Below are positions 27,169 to 38,819 of a DNA stretch of 64,000 nucleotides, piece by piece. Position 1 is the first letter of the stretch, and each line of letters opens with the position of its first letter. The translations under genes and the position numbers were made by a program. This DNA is from an uncultured bacterium (GTDB taxonomy: Bacteria; Actinomycetota; Thermoleophilia; Solirubrobacterales; 70-9), in assembly GCA_963695215.1 (NCBI GenBank), contig OY968768.1, forward strand, positions 1,824,922 through 1,888,921, given 5' to 3'. Under the pieces are notes generated by a model. It saw only the letters and a program-made list of their open reading frames with translations. It was not told the origin of the DNA and did not search any database.

Positions 27169-28115
27169 TCATGCCGCGCGTGTCGCTTGCGGTGGTTGCC
27201 TGTGTCGAGGCCGGTCCACTCGAGGAGCAGGGGATCCTGCTTGTTCGAGTCCGTTCGGCGCTGGGCTGGTGCGTACTCGGACGCCCGATTGGTGAGCGTG
27301 GAGCCGCGCGGCGAGAGCGGGCTCGACCCCGCGACGCTCGCTGCATTCGAGCGCTTTGGAGTCGAGCGCCACGTCGAAAACCTGAACGTCGAGTTCGCCG
27401 ACAACCCCATGGCCAACCGCCTCTTTGCAGGCGCCTGGGCCGAGCAGGCACTCGGCGACGAGTCGATCGCGCTCGTCGATACCGACACCGTGTTCTTCAA
27501 CCCGCCCGACGACCTCGTCGACCTCGGGGACGCGGTCGCCGTGCGCCCGTCGGCCAGAAGAAGCGCGGTTCATCGGGCGCCGACGATCCCAAGGACCGCT
27601 ACTGGCGAGAAGATGTACAAGCTGTGCGGCACGCCCGAGGATGGGCCATGGGTCGAGACCGTGTGGACCGGCGATCGCATCCGCGGCTACTGGAGCGCCG
27701 GCGTGGTCGCGGCGCCGCCAGGGCGCGGCGTTTTTGGCATGCTGGCTCGAGAACTTCCGCACTCTCATCCGCGAGGACCACATCCCCAAGGCCGGGCCCG
27801 CGGAACATGGACCAGCTCTCGCTCGCCGCGACCCTTCCGCACGGTGACGTCAGAACGCTGGACGGGCGCTACAACTACCTCGTCCGCCGTCGGCCGAAGC
27901 TGCCGGCAGACCTTCAGGCGCTGGGCCTCGAGGAGATCGTCCATCTTCACTATCGCCACTGGTTTCATCAGCCGGGCTTCCTCGACCAGCTCGAGCCGCC
28001 CTTCCCGGCCTCGGAGCAGCTCGACTGGTTGACCGAGCGCCTGCCCCTCGTCCACCCAGGCGGCGAGGACGCGGGTCACGAGGGCAGCCGCTTCGCCCCC
28101 GACGCCGACCTCTAG
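27169..28115 (+). pseudogene. putative GT-A-fold (DxD) nucleotide-sugar transferase-like protein, at least 3 frame changes
   Basis: MPRVSLAVVACVEAGPLEEQGILLV / ..SIALVDTDTVFFNPPDDLVDLGDAVAVRP / GADDPKDRYW / EKMYKLCGTPEDGPWVETVWTGDRIRGYWSAGVVAAP / WLENFRTLIREDHIPKAG / MDQLSLAATLPHGDVRTLDGRYNYLV..VHLHYRHWFH. The family call rests only on the VDTD (DxD-like) context. Confidence 0.45.
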
Positions 28116-28121
28116 GCAGGC

Positions 28122-29147
28122 CTACTCGGTCCCCTCGGAGGGCTCGGGAGCCTCGGAATCTGCCTCGGGCGGCGGTGCCGGCGCAGCCTCCAGGCGCTTC
28201 TCGTAGGTCGCGCGGACGATTGGCGCCGAGCTGACACCGTCCCGCTCGAAGCCCTCAATCACTTCCACGTAGCGGGCCTCGATCTTCCGGTGCTTGCGCT
28301 CCGACAGGCCCTGTTTCCAGCGCGCGGTGTTCGCGTTGTAGTGGTCCATTTGCGCGAAGAAATAGCGCCGCATCCGGCGTCCGAAGCGAACCCCGACAAA
28401 GCGGGTCACCTCACGCGCGTCGTCATGTCGCGGCGGCGTGAGAATTCCCTCGAGGCTCACCTGCATCAACCGGTCCTTGGGGATGTGCCGGGCACCCTCC
28501 TCGATTCGGCGCATGCGCTTGTCGTACCAGCGGATTCCCTGCATCCGGGTTCGCGGGTAGACACGCCCCTTGGTCTGAGAGACGCGCGAGGCCGACGAGT
28601 CGCGCCCGTCGCGGATGACGTGGACGAACCTCGCTTCCGGAAACAGGCGAAGGAGGGTGGGCGCCGCGGCGATCGTGTCGCAGCTCTGCTCGATCAGGCC
28701 GCTCGCCTGCTTCTCGATCGCCCGGGGCCAGAGAAGGTCGATGAAGAGCTCGCGGCACGCGGCCTCGGGCGACTCGGGATCGAACGCAGCGTCGAACTTG
28801 GCAACGGCCTCTTCGAAGCGGTCCTCCGGGACGAACCTGAACATGCCGCGATCGCGGCCGTTGATGTTTCCCCGCCACCAGAAACCGCGGAGCCTCTTCA
28901 GAAACTGCTCCTTCGTCACACTGCCGTCGAGAAGGCCGGGGAAGCCCTTGTCCTCGACGTGGAAGCGGCATTCAACTCCGATCGCCGTCAGGCGCTTGTG
29001 CCGGCCGAGGAACTTGGCGACCACGTGAGTGCCGCTTCTGCCGGTGCCGCCGACGAAGATGATCGGGGTGATGTGCTGGGCAGGCCGGTCCGCGACGCCG
29101 TAGACGAGGCCCTCGGTGTGCCGGCGCCGGTTTGGGTCGAGCGTCAT
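28122..29147 (-). CDS. divergent sulfotransferase ST8, intact
   Basis: IFVGGTGRSGTHVVAKFLGRH (5'-PSB-like), ARFVHVIRDGRDSSASRVSQ (3'-PB-like), and an acidic C-terminal tail. ATG 29147 overlaps the ST9 TGA (ATGA). Confidence 0.8.
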   Translation of the reverse strand: MTLDPNRRRHTEGLVYGVADRPAQHITPIIFVGGTGRSGTHVVAKFLGRHKRLTAIGVECRFHVEDKGFPGLLDGSVTKEQFLKRLRGFWWRGNINGRDRGMFRFVPEDRFEEAVAKFDAAFDPESPEAACRELFIDLLWPRAIEKQASGLIEQSCDTIAAAPTLLRLFPEARFVHVIRDGRDSSASRVSQTKGRVYPRTRMQGIRWYDKRMRRIEEGARHIPKDRLMQVSLEGILTPPRHDDAREVTRFVGVRFGRRMRRYFFAQMDHYNANTARWKQGLSERKHRKIEARYVEVIEGFERDGVSSAPIVRATYEKRLEAAPAPPPEADSEAPEPSEGTE

Positions 29148-30085
29148 GCCTTGGAGCCAACGGGGTAGCCGAGCTCTGCGAGCAGGTCTCCTGCGACCTC
29201 CTCGTAGGCCGCCACATCCGCCTCAGGCATCTCCTCGCGCCAGCGCCCGGCGTTGGAGGCTTGAGGAGGCTGCTTGGCGAGAGCGTGCGCGCGAAGCCGC
29301 TCGGCGCCGGGTCGAAGGGGCCGACCGTCGGCTTCGGGCAGGTCCCGTGCCATCTCGCCGAGGCGCTCGCCGGCGCGCTCGTGATAGCTGGTCATCGCCG
29401 GGTCGAAGCCGAGGTCGATCGCCGAGCACACCTCCATCAGGATGCGCTCGGGCTCGGCGACGAGATCCTCGTAGCGGACCTCCCGGTACGCGGGCAGCTC
29501 GGCGCTGAGCCGGCGTCCGCGCAAGATCAGGCGCTGCCAGCGCTTCGCAAGCTTCGCGGGAGGCGGCGGCTCGCGTGGTGGATCCATTCCGCGCAGGCGC
29601 TTCGAATAGGAGAGCGCCACGTCGCGGCCGTCGCGGATCATGTGAATGAAGCTGGCCTCCGGAAGCGCAGAGTGGATGCGGTCCATGCGCTTGAGGTAGA
29701 GCGGCGTCTTGTCGCCCCAGCGCGTCGCTCCGTGTTTCTCGGCGTATAGCTCGTAGAAGGCTCGGAGCGCCTGACCGGGCACGGGCTTCTCGATCGCCTC
29801 GAGACGCCCGAGTAGCTCTCTCTCCTCGAGGCCGAAGTCCCCCCAGCGGTGGTGATCGTCAGTTGTGATCGCGTGCAACAGCGACTCGGCCGGCGCTGGA
29901 CGCTCGCGCCGAGCCGTACGGATCAGGGAGGGCACGAAGTAGGTCTCGGGTGGGATCGCCATGTCGGGATGCGCGTCGAGCATGAGCCGCAGCAGGGTCG
30001 TGCCCGAGCGGCCGACGCCGACGATGAAGGGGGCCGGCGCGCGCTCCGGGGCTCGGCGCTTGGGAAATCTCGGCAAGGGTGCCAT
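29144..30085 (-). CDS. sulfotransferase ST9 (TPST-like), intact
   Basis: APAPFIVGVGRSGTTLLRLMLDAHPDMAIPPETYF..HHRWGDFGLEEREL..RWGDKTPLY..ASFIHMIRDGRDVALS..RYEDLVAEPERILMEVCSAIDLGFDPAMTSYHE..AGRWREEMPEADVAAYEEVAGDLLAELGYPVGS. Confidence 0.88.
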   Translation of the reverse strand: MAPLPRFPKRRAPERAPAPFIVGVGRSGTTLLRLMLDAHPDMAIPPETYFVPSLIRTARRERPAPAESLLHAITTDDHHRWGDFGLEERELLGRLEAIEKPVPGQALRAFYELYAEKHGATRWGDKTPLYLKRMDRIHSALPEASFIHMIRDGRDVALSYSKRLRGMDPPREPPPPAKLAKRWQRLILRGRRLSAELPAYREVRYEDLVAEPERILMEVCSAIDLGFDPAMTSYHERAGERLGEMARDLPEADGRPLRPGAERLRAHALAKQPPQASNAGRWREEMPEADVAAYEEVAGDLLAELGYPVGSKA

Positions 30086-30216
30086 CGGCGAAAACCCTAA
30101 CCAGAGGGCTTTGAGTTCCGGCCCGATGCGTCGCCGGCGACCGCAAGAATTCTTTACGTCACATTTGTTTGGCGCGGAAGAAGTGAAGTCGCGACATCGA
30201 GCGTGTGAGATGCGCG

Positions 30217-30255
30217 GAAGGGTCAGACCCTTCTCATGAACGGGGTCTGACCCCC
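30217..30255. repeat. inverted pair of the GGGTC(A/T)GACCC palindromic element straddling the purB stop
   Basis: GAAGGGTCAGACCCTTC (30217-30233) and GGGGTCTGACCCCC (30242-30255). The 11-mers GGGTCAGACCC and GGGTCTGACCC are exact reverse complements 11 nt apart. The purB stop (30234-30236) lies between them. Confidence 0.7.
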
Positions 30256-31526
30256 ATCTTCTCCAGTCTCGCCATCACTCCGGGCACCTCGCCGAGGTAG
30301 GCGTTGTAGTCGAGGACGGCGTCGAGATCGAGGTTTGGCGCCGCCCTACCGAGAAGGTCGCGGAACGGAGTTGCGGTGTCCCAGGCCTCCTGGGCGGCTG
30401 CCTGGACCGTCCGGTAGGCGTCGTCGCGCGTCATGCCCGAGTCGACGAGCGCGGTCAGGGCGCGCTGGGAGAAGATCGCGCCGTGCGTCAACTCGAGGTT
30501 GGCCCTCATCCGGTCGGTGTGGACGACCATGCCCGAGGCGACCCGCGTTGCCAGGTGCTGCATGTAGTCGAGGCCGATCGTCGCGTCGGGCAGGATGACC
30601 CGCTCGGCGCCTGAGTGAGAGATGTCGCGCTCGTGCCAGAGCGCCACGTTCTCGAGCCCCGTCTGGGCGTAGCCGCGCAGGACTCGTGCGAGGCCGGTGA
30701 TCCGCTCGCACGTGATCGGGTTGCGCTTGTGCGGCATCGCAGAGGAGCCCTTCTGCCCTTCCCGAACGGCTCTTCGGCCTCGCGGATCTCGGTGCGCTGC
30801 AGGTTTCGCATCTCGGTCGCGAAGCGCTCGAGCCCCGCGCCGGCGAGAGCGATCGCGGAAAGGAGCGCCGCGTGGCGGTCGCGCGGCACGACCTGGGTCG
30901 AGATGTCCTCGGAGCGGATGCCCAGCGACTCGCAGACGCGCCGCTCGATCGCAGGGCGGGACGGAGGCGTAGGTGCCGACCGCGCCAGAGATCGCGCCGA
31001 CGGCCGCGTCGGCGAACGTCGCCTCGAGCCGTTTCAGGTTGCGGTCGGCCTCGAACGCGAAGCCGGCCAGGCGGAGGCCGAACGTGGTCGGCTCGGCGTG
31101 GACGCCGTGGGTGCGCCCGACGCACAGGGTCTCGGCGTGGCTCGAGGGCACGGTCGCGCAGCGCGTCGCGGTAGGCGCGGGCGCCGGCGACGACGATCTC
31201 GCCCGCGTCGCGGATCTGCAGTGCGAGCGCGGTGTCGAGAACGTCGGAGGACGTCAGGCCGTAATGGATCCAGCGTCCGGCGTCTCCGCCGACCGAGTCG
31301 GCGACGACGTCCACGAATGCCGCGACGTCGTGGTTGGTGGTGCGTTCGCGCTCGGCGACCGCTTCGACTTCGAACGCGGCCTTCTGGCGCGCCCCGCGTC
31401 GCGGCCTCCTGCGGGCACGACGCCCTCGGCCGCCCACGCTTCGGTCGCCGCCAGCTCGACGGCGAGCCAGCCTTCCATCTTTCGGCGGTCGGTCCAGACC
31501 GCGCCGATCTCCGCGTGAGGGATCAA
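30234..31526 (-). pseudogene. purB: adenylosuccinate lyase, at least 4 frame changes
   Basis: MIPHAEIGAVWTDRRKMEGWLAVELAATEAWAAEGVVP / ..TNHDVAAFVDVVADSVG..WIHYGLTSSDVLDTALALQI.. / ..GVHAEPTTFGLRLAGFAFE.. / SSAMPHKRNPITCERITGLARVLRGY..LWHERDISHSGAERVILPD, lying in three frames. Confidence 0.9.
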
Positions 31527-31566
31527 GTGAGGCCTTTAGGTCCGAAATCACCGTGCGTTGGACCGA

Positions 31567-32088
31567 TCAGCAGTTGATGATCCGCGCGGCCAGGACTCCC
31601 GCGTTCTTCGAGCCGTCGATGGCGACACAGGCGACCGGGATTCCCGGAGGCATCTGCACCGCGGAGAGCAGGGCGTCGAGCCCGCCCAGCGACTTGCCCA
31701 TGATCGGCACGCCGATGACAGGCAGGTCGGTGTGTGCGGCGGCGACTCCGGGAAGCGCGGCCGACATGCCAGCTCCGGCGATGATCACTTTCAGCCCGCG
31801 CATCTGTGCGTTGTGGCAGTACTCGCGGACCTTCTCGGGGTCGCGGTGGGCGCTCATCACGCGGACCTCGTAGCGGATGCCCGCATCCTGCAGTGCCTGG
31901 CCGGCGGCCTGCATTTTCGGCTTGTCGTTCTTCGAGCCCATGATGATCCCGACGCGTGGAGCGTCGACTTCGATCTCCTCGAATGCGGACTCGACGTCCG
32001 GCATCGGCTCAGTCGGCGTCTTCTGTTCCGCAGTCTCGGCCGTTCCGGTCTGCGTTTCGGGCCGGCCGGGGGGGTCGGCAGCTTCCAT
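31567..32088 (-). CDS. purE: N5-carboxyaminoimidazole ribonucleotide mutase
   Basis: From ATG 32088, after an acidic/Pro-rich leader: PRVGIIMGSKNDKPKMQAAGQALQDAGIRYEVRVMSAHRDPEKV..GLKVIIAGAGMSAALPGVAAAHTDLPVIGVP..LLSAVQMPPGIPVACVAIDG. Confidence 0.9.
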   Translation of the reverse strand: MEAADPPGRPETQTGTAETAEQKTPTEPMPDVESAFEEIEVDAPRVGIIMGSKNDKPKMQAAGQALQDAGIRYEVRVMSAHRDPEKVREYCHNAQMRGLKVIIAGAGMSAALPGVAAAHTDLPVIGVPIMGKSLGGLDALLSAVQMPPGIPVACVAIDGSKNAGVLAARIINC

Positions 32089-32111
32089 TTTCTTCCTTCC
32101 TTTCTTCCGGC

Positions 32112-33395
32112 TTAGCCGGGGACTCGCTCGGTCGCCCTTGCGGCGATGTCGGTGCGCACTTGCATACCTTCGAAGCTGATTAGAGCGGCCGCCTCGTAGG
32201 CGCGGTCGCGTGCGTCGGCCGGGCTTGCCCCGAGCGCGGTTACGTTGAGAACGCGGCCTCCCGCGGTGACGACGCCGCCCTCGCTGTCGAGGGCGGTACC
32301 TGCGTGTGTGAGTTCGATTCCGTCGAGCGCGGCCGCCTCGTCGAGACCGGCGATCACGTCGCCCTTCGAAGAGGCGTCGGGATACCCGGCCGACGCGAGG
32401 ACGAGGGTCACGGCCCAGTCGTCGGCGAATTCCGCTCGGATCCCGGCCAGTCCGCCGCGCTCCCGGCTCGCGAGGCAGAGGTCGGCGAGATCGGATTGGA
32501 GCCGCGGCAGGACTGCCTGGGTCTCCGGGTCGCCGAAGCGCGCGTTGAACTCGAGGACCTTCGGCCCGGCCGATCCGATCATGAGCCCGGCGTAGAGGAC
32601 CCCGTGGAAGGGCGTGCCGCGATCGGCCATGAGCTCGAACGACGGGGCGATGGACGAGGTCGGCCAGTTGGTCCACCCTCTCAGCGTCTACGTCCGGGAC
32701 GGGCGAGTAGCTGCCCATGCCGCCGGTGTTCGGCCCCTCGTCGCCGTCGAAGATCCGCTTGTAGTCCTGCGCGGGAGCGAGCGGCACGACGTTCTCGCCG
32801 TCGCAGAGGGCCAGGAGGGACAGCTCCTCGCCGTCGAGGAAGTCCTCAAGCACTACCTCGGTCTGGCCAAAGCGCTGCTGGCCGAAGAACACGTCCACCG
32901 CTTCGCGCGCTTCGGATTCGTCCTGACAGATGATCACGCCCTTACCTGCGGCCAGGCCGTCGGCTTTGAGGACCACCGGGTAATCGGTGCTCGCCACAGC
33001 GTCCAGAGCCTCCTCCGAGCTGCGAAGGACCACGTGGCCTGCAGTGGGCACTCCGGCAGCGTCCATCAACTCCTTTGCGTGGACCTTGGACCCCTCGAGT
33101 CTTCGCGGCCTCGGCGCTGGGGCCGAAAGCCGGGATGCCCGAGGCCTCGAGCGAATCGACGGCCCCTTCACGAGCGGCGCCTCTGGCCCGACGACCACGA
33201 GGTCGACGCTTTCTGAGGTTGCCGCGGCGACGATCGCTTCTACGTCCTCGGCGCTCGACGTCGAGAAGGCGCGCGTCAGCCGCTATGCCCGCGTTGCCCG
33301 GCGCGCAGAGCACCTCCGGGCTACGGGCGCGAACGCCGGAGCGCGCGCACGATCGCATGCTCACGACCCCCGCCTCCTACGACAAGGATTTTCAC
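32112..33395 (-). pseudogene. purD: phosphoribosylamine-glycine ligase, at least 4 frame changes
   Basis: VKILVVGGGGREHAIVRAL / RSPEVLCAPGNAGIA / ..VVGPEAPLV..KELMDAAGVPTA..YPVVLKADGLAAGKGV..GPNTGGMGSYSPVP / ..FHGVLYAGLMIGSAGPKVLEFNARFGDPETQAVL..VLASAGYP..GGRVLNVTALG, lying in different frames. Confidence 0.9.
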
Positions 33396-33435
33396 GCGTG
33401 GCTTTCCGTTGGGGCCGGGGTCAGCGCGTCTCGCT

Positions 33436-33717
33436 TCAGATCGCGTCCGCGAACTTGTCGGCTGGGATCGCGACCAGGGTCTCAGAGGTCATCGTGCCGC
33501 GCGAGCCGAGCTCGACCGACACCTTGGCCATCGTCTCCGAGTCGGGGGCTTCGACGATGGTGACGAAGTCGTAGCGGCCGAGGACCGCGTACTGATCGAT
33601 CACCTTGGCGCCGAGCGCCTCGACTTCCTTGTTGACCTCACCAACGCGGCTCGGGTTCGACTTGAGGGTCTTCACTCCGTCCGCGGTCAGGTTCGTAAGC
33701 ATTACGTAGGTCGGCAT
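33436..33717 (-). CDS. GYD-domain protein
   Basis: MPTYVMLTNLTADGVKTLKSNPSRVGEVNKEVEALGAKVIDQYAVLGRYDFVTIVEAPDSETMAKVSVELGSRGTMTSETLVAIP. A GGGAGAG RBS lies directly upstream of ATG 33717. Confidence 0.8.
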   Translation of the reverse strand: MPTYVMLTNLTADGVKTLKSNPSRVGEVNKEVEALGAKVIDQYAVLGRYDFVTIVEAPDSETMAKVSVELGSRGTMTSETLVAIPADKFADAI

Positions 33718-33746
33718 CTCTCTCCCTTCGGGGTGGGAGATCCACA

Positions 33747-34202
33747 CTATCCGCTGATGAGCTTCTTCACCGCGTCGCGCCGGTAGTCGAAGATCCGCTC
33801 GAGGTCACGAGCCACGAACAGGCCGTGCGCAATTTCTCCAAATGGCCCGAAACCGACCCTGTAGCGGACGCGGTCGGAGGCCATCGTGCCTCCTTCGACT
33901 TCCTGAAAGGTGTGGGTGTGGTGCCAGAGCGCGTAGGGGCTCTTGAGCGCCATGTCGGTGAAGCGGTAGGGCGGCTCCCAGGTCTCGATTTCGGTGCGCC
34001 AGCGGACCGGTATTCCGTGGACGCGAAGGCGATATTCGATAAGCGCGCCCTCGCACATCTCGATCGGAAGCTGGGAGGTGATCCGGAAGTGGAGCCACGG
34101 CGGCGTGATCGCCTGGAGGTTTCCCGCGTCGGCGAACGGAGCGAAAACGTCCTCGACCGGGTGCGGGAAGAACTGCTCGCGCTCGAGCAGCCGGTCGGTC
34201 AC
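33747..34202 (-). CDS. SRPBCC (START/Bet v1-like) ligand-binding family protein
   Basis: VTDRLLEREQFFPHPVEDVFAPFADAGNLQAITPPWLHFRI..YRLRVHGIPVRWRTEIETWEPPYRFTDMALKSPYALWHHTHTFQEV. GTG 34202 overlaps the GT-c TGA (GTGA). Confidence 0.65.
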   Translation of the reverse strand: MTDRLLEREQFFPHPVEDVFAPFADAGNLQAITPPWLHFRITSQLPIEMCEGALIEYRLRVHGIPVRWRTEIETWEPPYRFTDMALKSPYALWHHTHTFQEVEGGTMASDRVRYRVGFGPFGEIAHGLFVARDLERIFDYRRDAVKKLISG

Positions 34203-35278
34203 CCGCCGACTTCGAGAAGTTGCCCAAGCGCTTCGACCGTGCGGCTCCACGAGAGCTCCTCGCGCCGTTCGAGTGCCCCTGCCTCGAGCGTGGAGCGCAA
34301 CTCGGAGTCGCGCAGCCGTTCGATCGCCCTCGTCAACGCGCGGCGGTCGGGGTCGAACGAGCCGATATCCGACCTCGGGCGCTGCTTCGAAGGCTTACCG
34401 GGAACCAAGAGGCCGTTGCGACCGTCCTCGACCACCTCGTTCATCGGCGGATTGTCGTTGGTGACTATCGGTAGGCCGAGTGCGGTTGCCTCGAAGAGGT
34501 GGAGGCCGAGGCCTTCCCAGCGGCTTGGTGCGAGGCAGACATCTGCCGAGGCGAAGAGGCGAAGGTGCTCGTCGGTCGGCAGGTCTTCGGCGATCACCTC
34601 GATGCGCTCATCCTTGCGTGCTGCGTCGCGCACGTCGCCGACCCCGCGCTCGACCTGCGCCTTCACGACGAGGCGGAGCTCAGGCCCCTTCGCCTTGCGA
34701 AATGCCTTGAGCGTCTCGCCAAGCGGTTTTCGCTTGGACATGAATCCGCCGGGAAAGAACAGGCGCACGACACCCTCCTCGCCCGGAGCCGGCTCCCGGA
34801 CCAGCTCGGGGTGGATGCCCCACGGAACCCGCGGCGTGTCGAGCCCGAGGGCCAGGTAGCGCTCGACCTCACACGCCGTCACCGAATAGACGGACGTCAG
34901 TGCGCGGCGTGCCGGCTCGACGTGCTCGGCGCCGAAGTGCTCCCAGACGAACCGGCCGTAGGTCCGCACGCCGGACTCGCGAAGCGCCTGGATCTCCTCG
35001 AACTGGTAGTTCTGGTCGAAGAGGGCGACGTCGAGCCGGTTGTCGCGTCCCCAGGCCAGCATCTCGTCGGCGGGGATCCGGTAGCTCGAAGCGATCGTCA
35101 CGCCCTCCTGGTCCCAGACCCCGTCCGAGTCGACGAACGACGGCTTGATGTTCGTGTCGCGGGTCGGACGGGCAAGAACGAACGTCTCGTGGCCGAGCGT
35201 CTCGAGCGCAGAGCGCAGCTGGCGGCCCACCACGCCCTGCCCGCGGTTGAACCAGTACGAGGAGACGCCGACGCGCAC
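34199..35278 (-). CDS. GT4/GT1-like glycosyltransferase, paralogue GT-c, intact
   Basis: MRVGVSSYWFNRGQGVVGRQLRSALETLGHETFVLAR..RFVWEHFGAEH..PSRWEGLGLHLFEATALGLPIVTNDNPPMNEVVEDGRNGLLV. It is collinear with GT-a and GT-b. The start lies 2 nt after the ST10 stop. Confidence 0.85.
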   Translation of the reverse strand: MRVGVSSYWFNRGQGVVGRQLRSALETLGHETFVLARPTRDTNIKPSFVDSDGVWDQEGVTIASSYRIPADEMLAWGRDNRLDVALFDQNYQFEEIQALRESGVRTYGRFVWEHFGAEHVEPARRALTSVYSVTACEVERYLALGLDTPRVPWGIHPELVREPAPGEEGVVRLFFPGGFMSKRKPLGETLKAFRKAKGPELRLVVKAQVERGVGDVRDAARKDERIEVIAEDLPTDEHLRLFASADVCLAPSRWEGLGLHLFEATALGLPIVTNDNPPMNEVVEDGRNGLLVPGKPSKQRPRSDIGSFDPDRRALTRAIERLRDSELRSTLEAGALERREELSWSRTVEALGQLLEVGG

Positions 35279-35280
35279 CG

Positions 35281-36171
35281 TCAGCTCCCGACCGGATAGC
35301 CGAGCTCGGCAAGAAGTTCGCCCGCGACCCCCTCGTAGTCAGCGATCTCGGTTGGCGTCAGATCGGTGCGCCACCGCTCGATGCGCTCGCTGGTCGGAGG
35401 TTCTGAGGTCAGAGCGTGAGCGGCGATCCGCTCTGAGCTCGGGCGGACCTGGCCGCCCTTGCCGGGTAGGTCGGAAAGTTCCTGCAGCCGCTGAGATGCA
35501 CCCTGGTGGTATTCGAGCATGGCCGGATCGAACTCGAGGTCGATCGCGGCGCATACCCTCCGAAGCGTCCCCTCCGGGTCGGCGATCAGGTCCTCGTAGC
35601 GAACCTCGTCGTAGTGCGCAACTGAGCGAGCCTGCTCACGTGCACCATCGATCCGGCGCTTCCAGGTCTCTGCCTCCTTCGCCGCGGGAGTCGGCTCGCG
35701 GCCTCGCTTCGCGGCACGAGCACGCCGGGAAACGGCGACATCGCGGCCGTCACGGATGAGGTGAATGAAGCGGGCCTGTTCGCCGAGCACGGAGCCGATC
35801 TGTGTAATCGCCTCGATATAGACCGGGGTCTTGTCACCCCACCGGGCCTTGCCGTGGCGGGCGGCGTAGGCGGCGTAGAAAGCGCGGATCGCACCTGCCC
35901 CGGCACCAGGTACCGTCGCGTTGAAGATCCCGGCCAGCTCCGCCTCCGAGAAGCCGAAATCCCGCCAGCCCGCGTGGGACTTGGCCGCGGCGACGAGCCT
36001 CGCTTCGCTGGGCTCGTCGCCTTCCGCGTACACCTCGATCAGCTTCGGCAGGAAGTGCGTCTCGGGTGGGATCGCCAGCTCCGGATGCGCGTCAAGCATC
36101 AGCCGCAAGAGGGTTGTGCCCGAGCGCCCGACGCCGACGACGAAGGGCGCCGGCTTCAGCGCGTCGCTCAC
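35281..36171 (-). CDS. sulfotransferase ST10 (TPST-like), intact
   Basis: KPAPFVVGVGRSGTTLLRLMLDAHPELAIPPETHF..RWGDKTPVY..ARFIHLIRDGRDVAVS..RYEDLIADPEGTLRRVCAAIDLEFDPAMLEYHQ..RIERWRTDLTPTEIADYEGVAGELLAELGYPVGS. GTG 36171 is chosen so the gene does not overlap clpB. The ORF stays open to 36264. Confidence 0.85.
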   Translation of the reverse strand: MSDALKPAPFVVGVGRSGTTLLRLMLDAHPELAIPPETHFLPKLIEVYAEGDEPSEARLVAAAKSHAGWRDFGFSEAELAGIFNATVPGAGAGAIRAFYAAYAARHGKARWGDKTPVYIEAITQIGSVLGEQARFIHLIRDGRDVAVSRRARAAKRGREPTPAAKEAETWKRRIDGAREQARSVAHYDEVRYEDLIADPEGTLRRVCAAIDLEFDPAMLEYHQGASQRLQELSDLPGKGGQVRPSSERIAAHALTSEPPTSERIERWRTDLTPTEIADYEGVAGELLAELGYPVGS

Positions 36172-36181
36172 GGCGAGGAGT

Positions 36182-38776
<2,595 letters not shown>

Positions 38777-38819
38777 CGTGCGTTGAGGATAGCGAATTGA
38801 GCCGTGTTTATAAAGAAAT

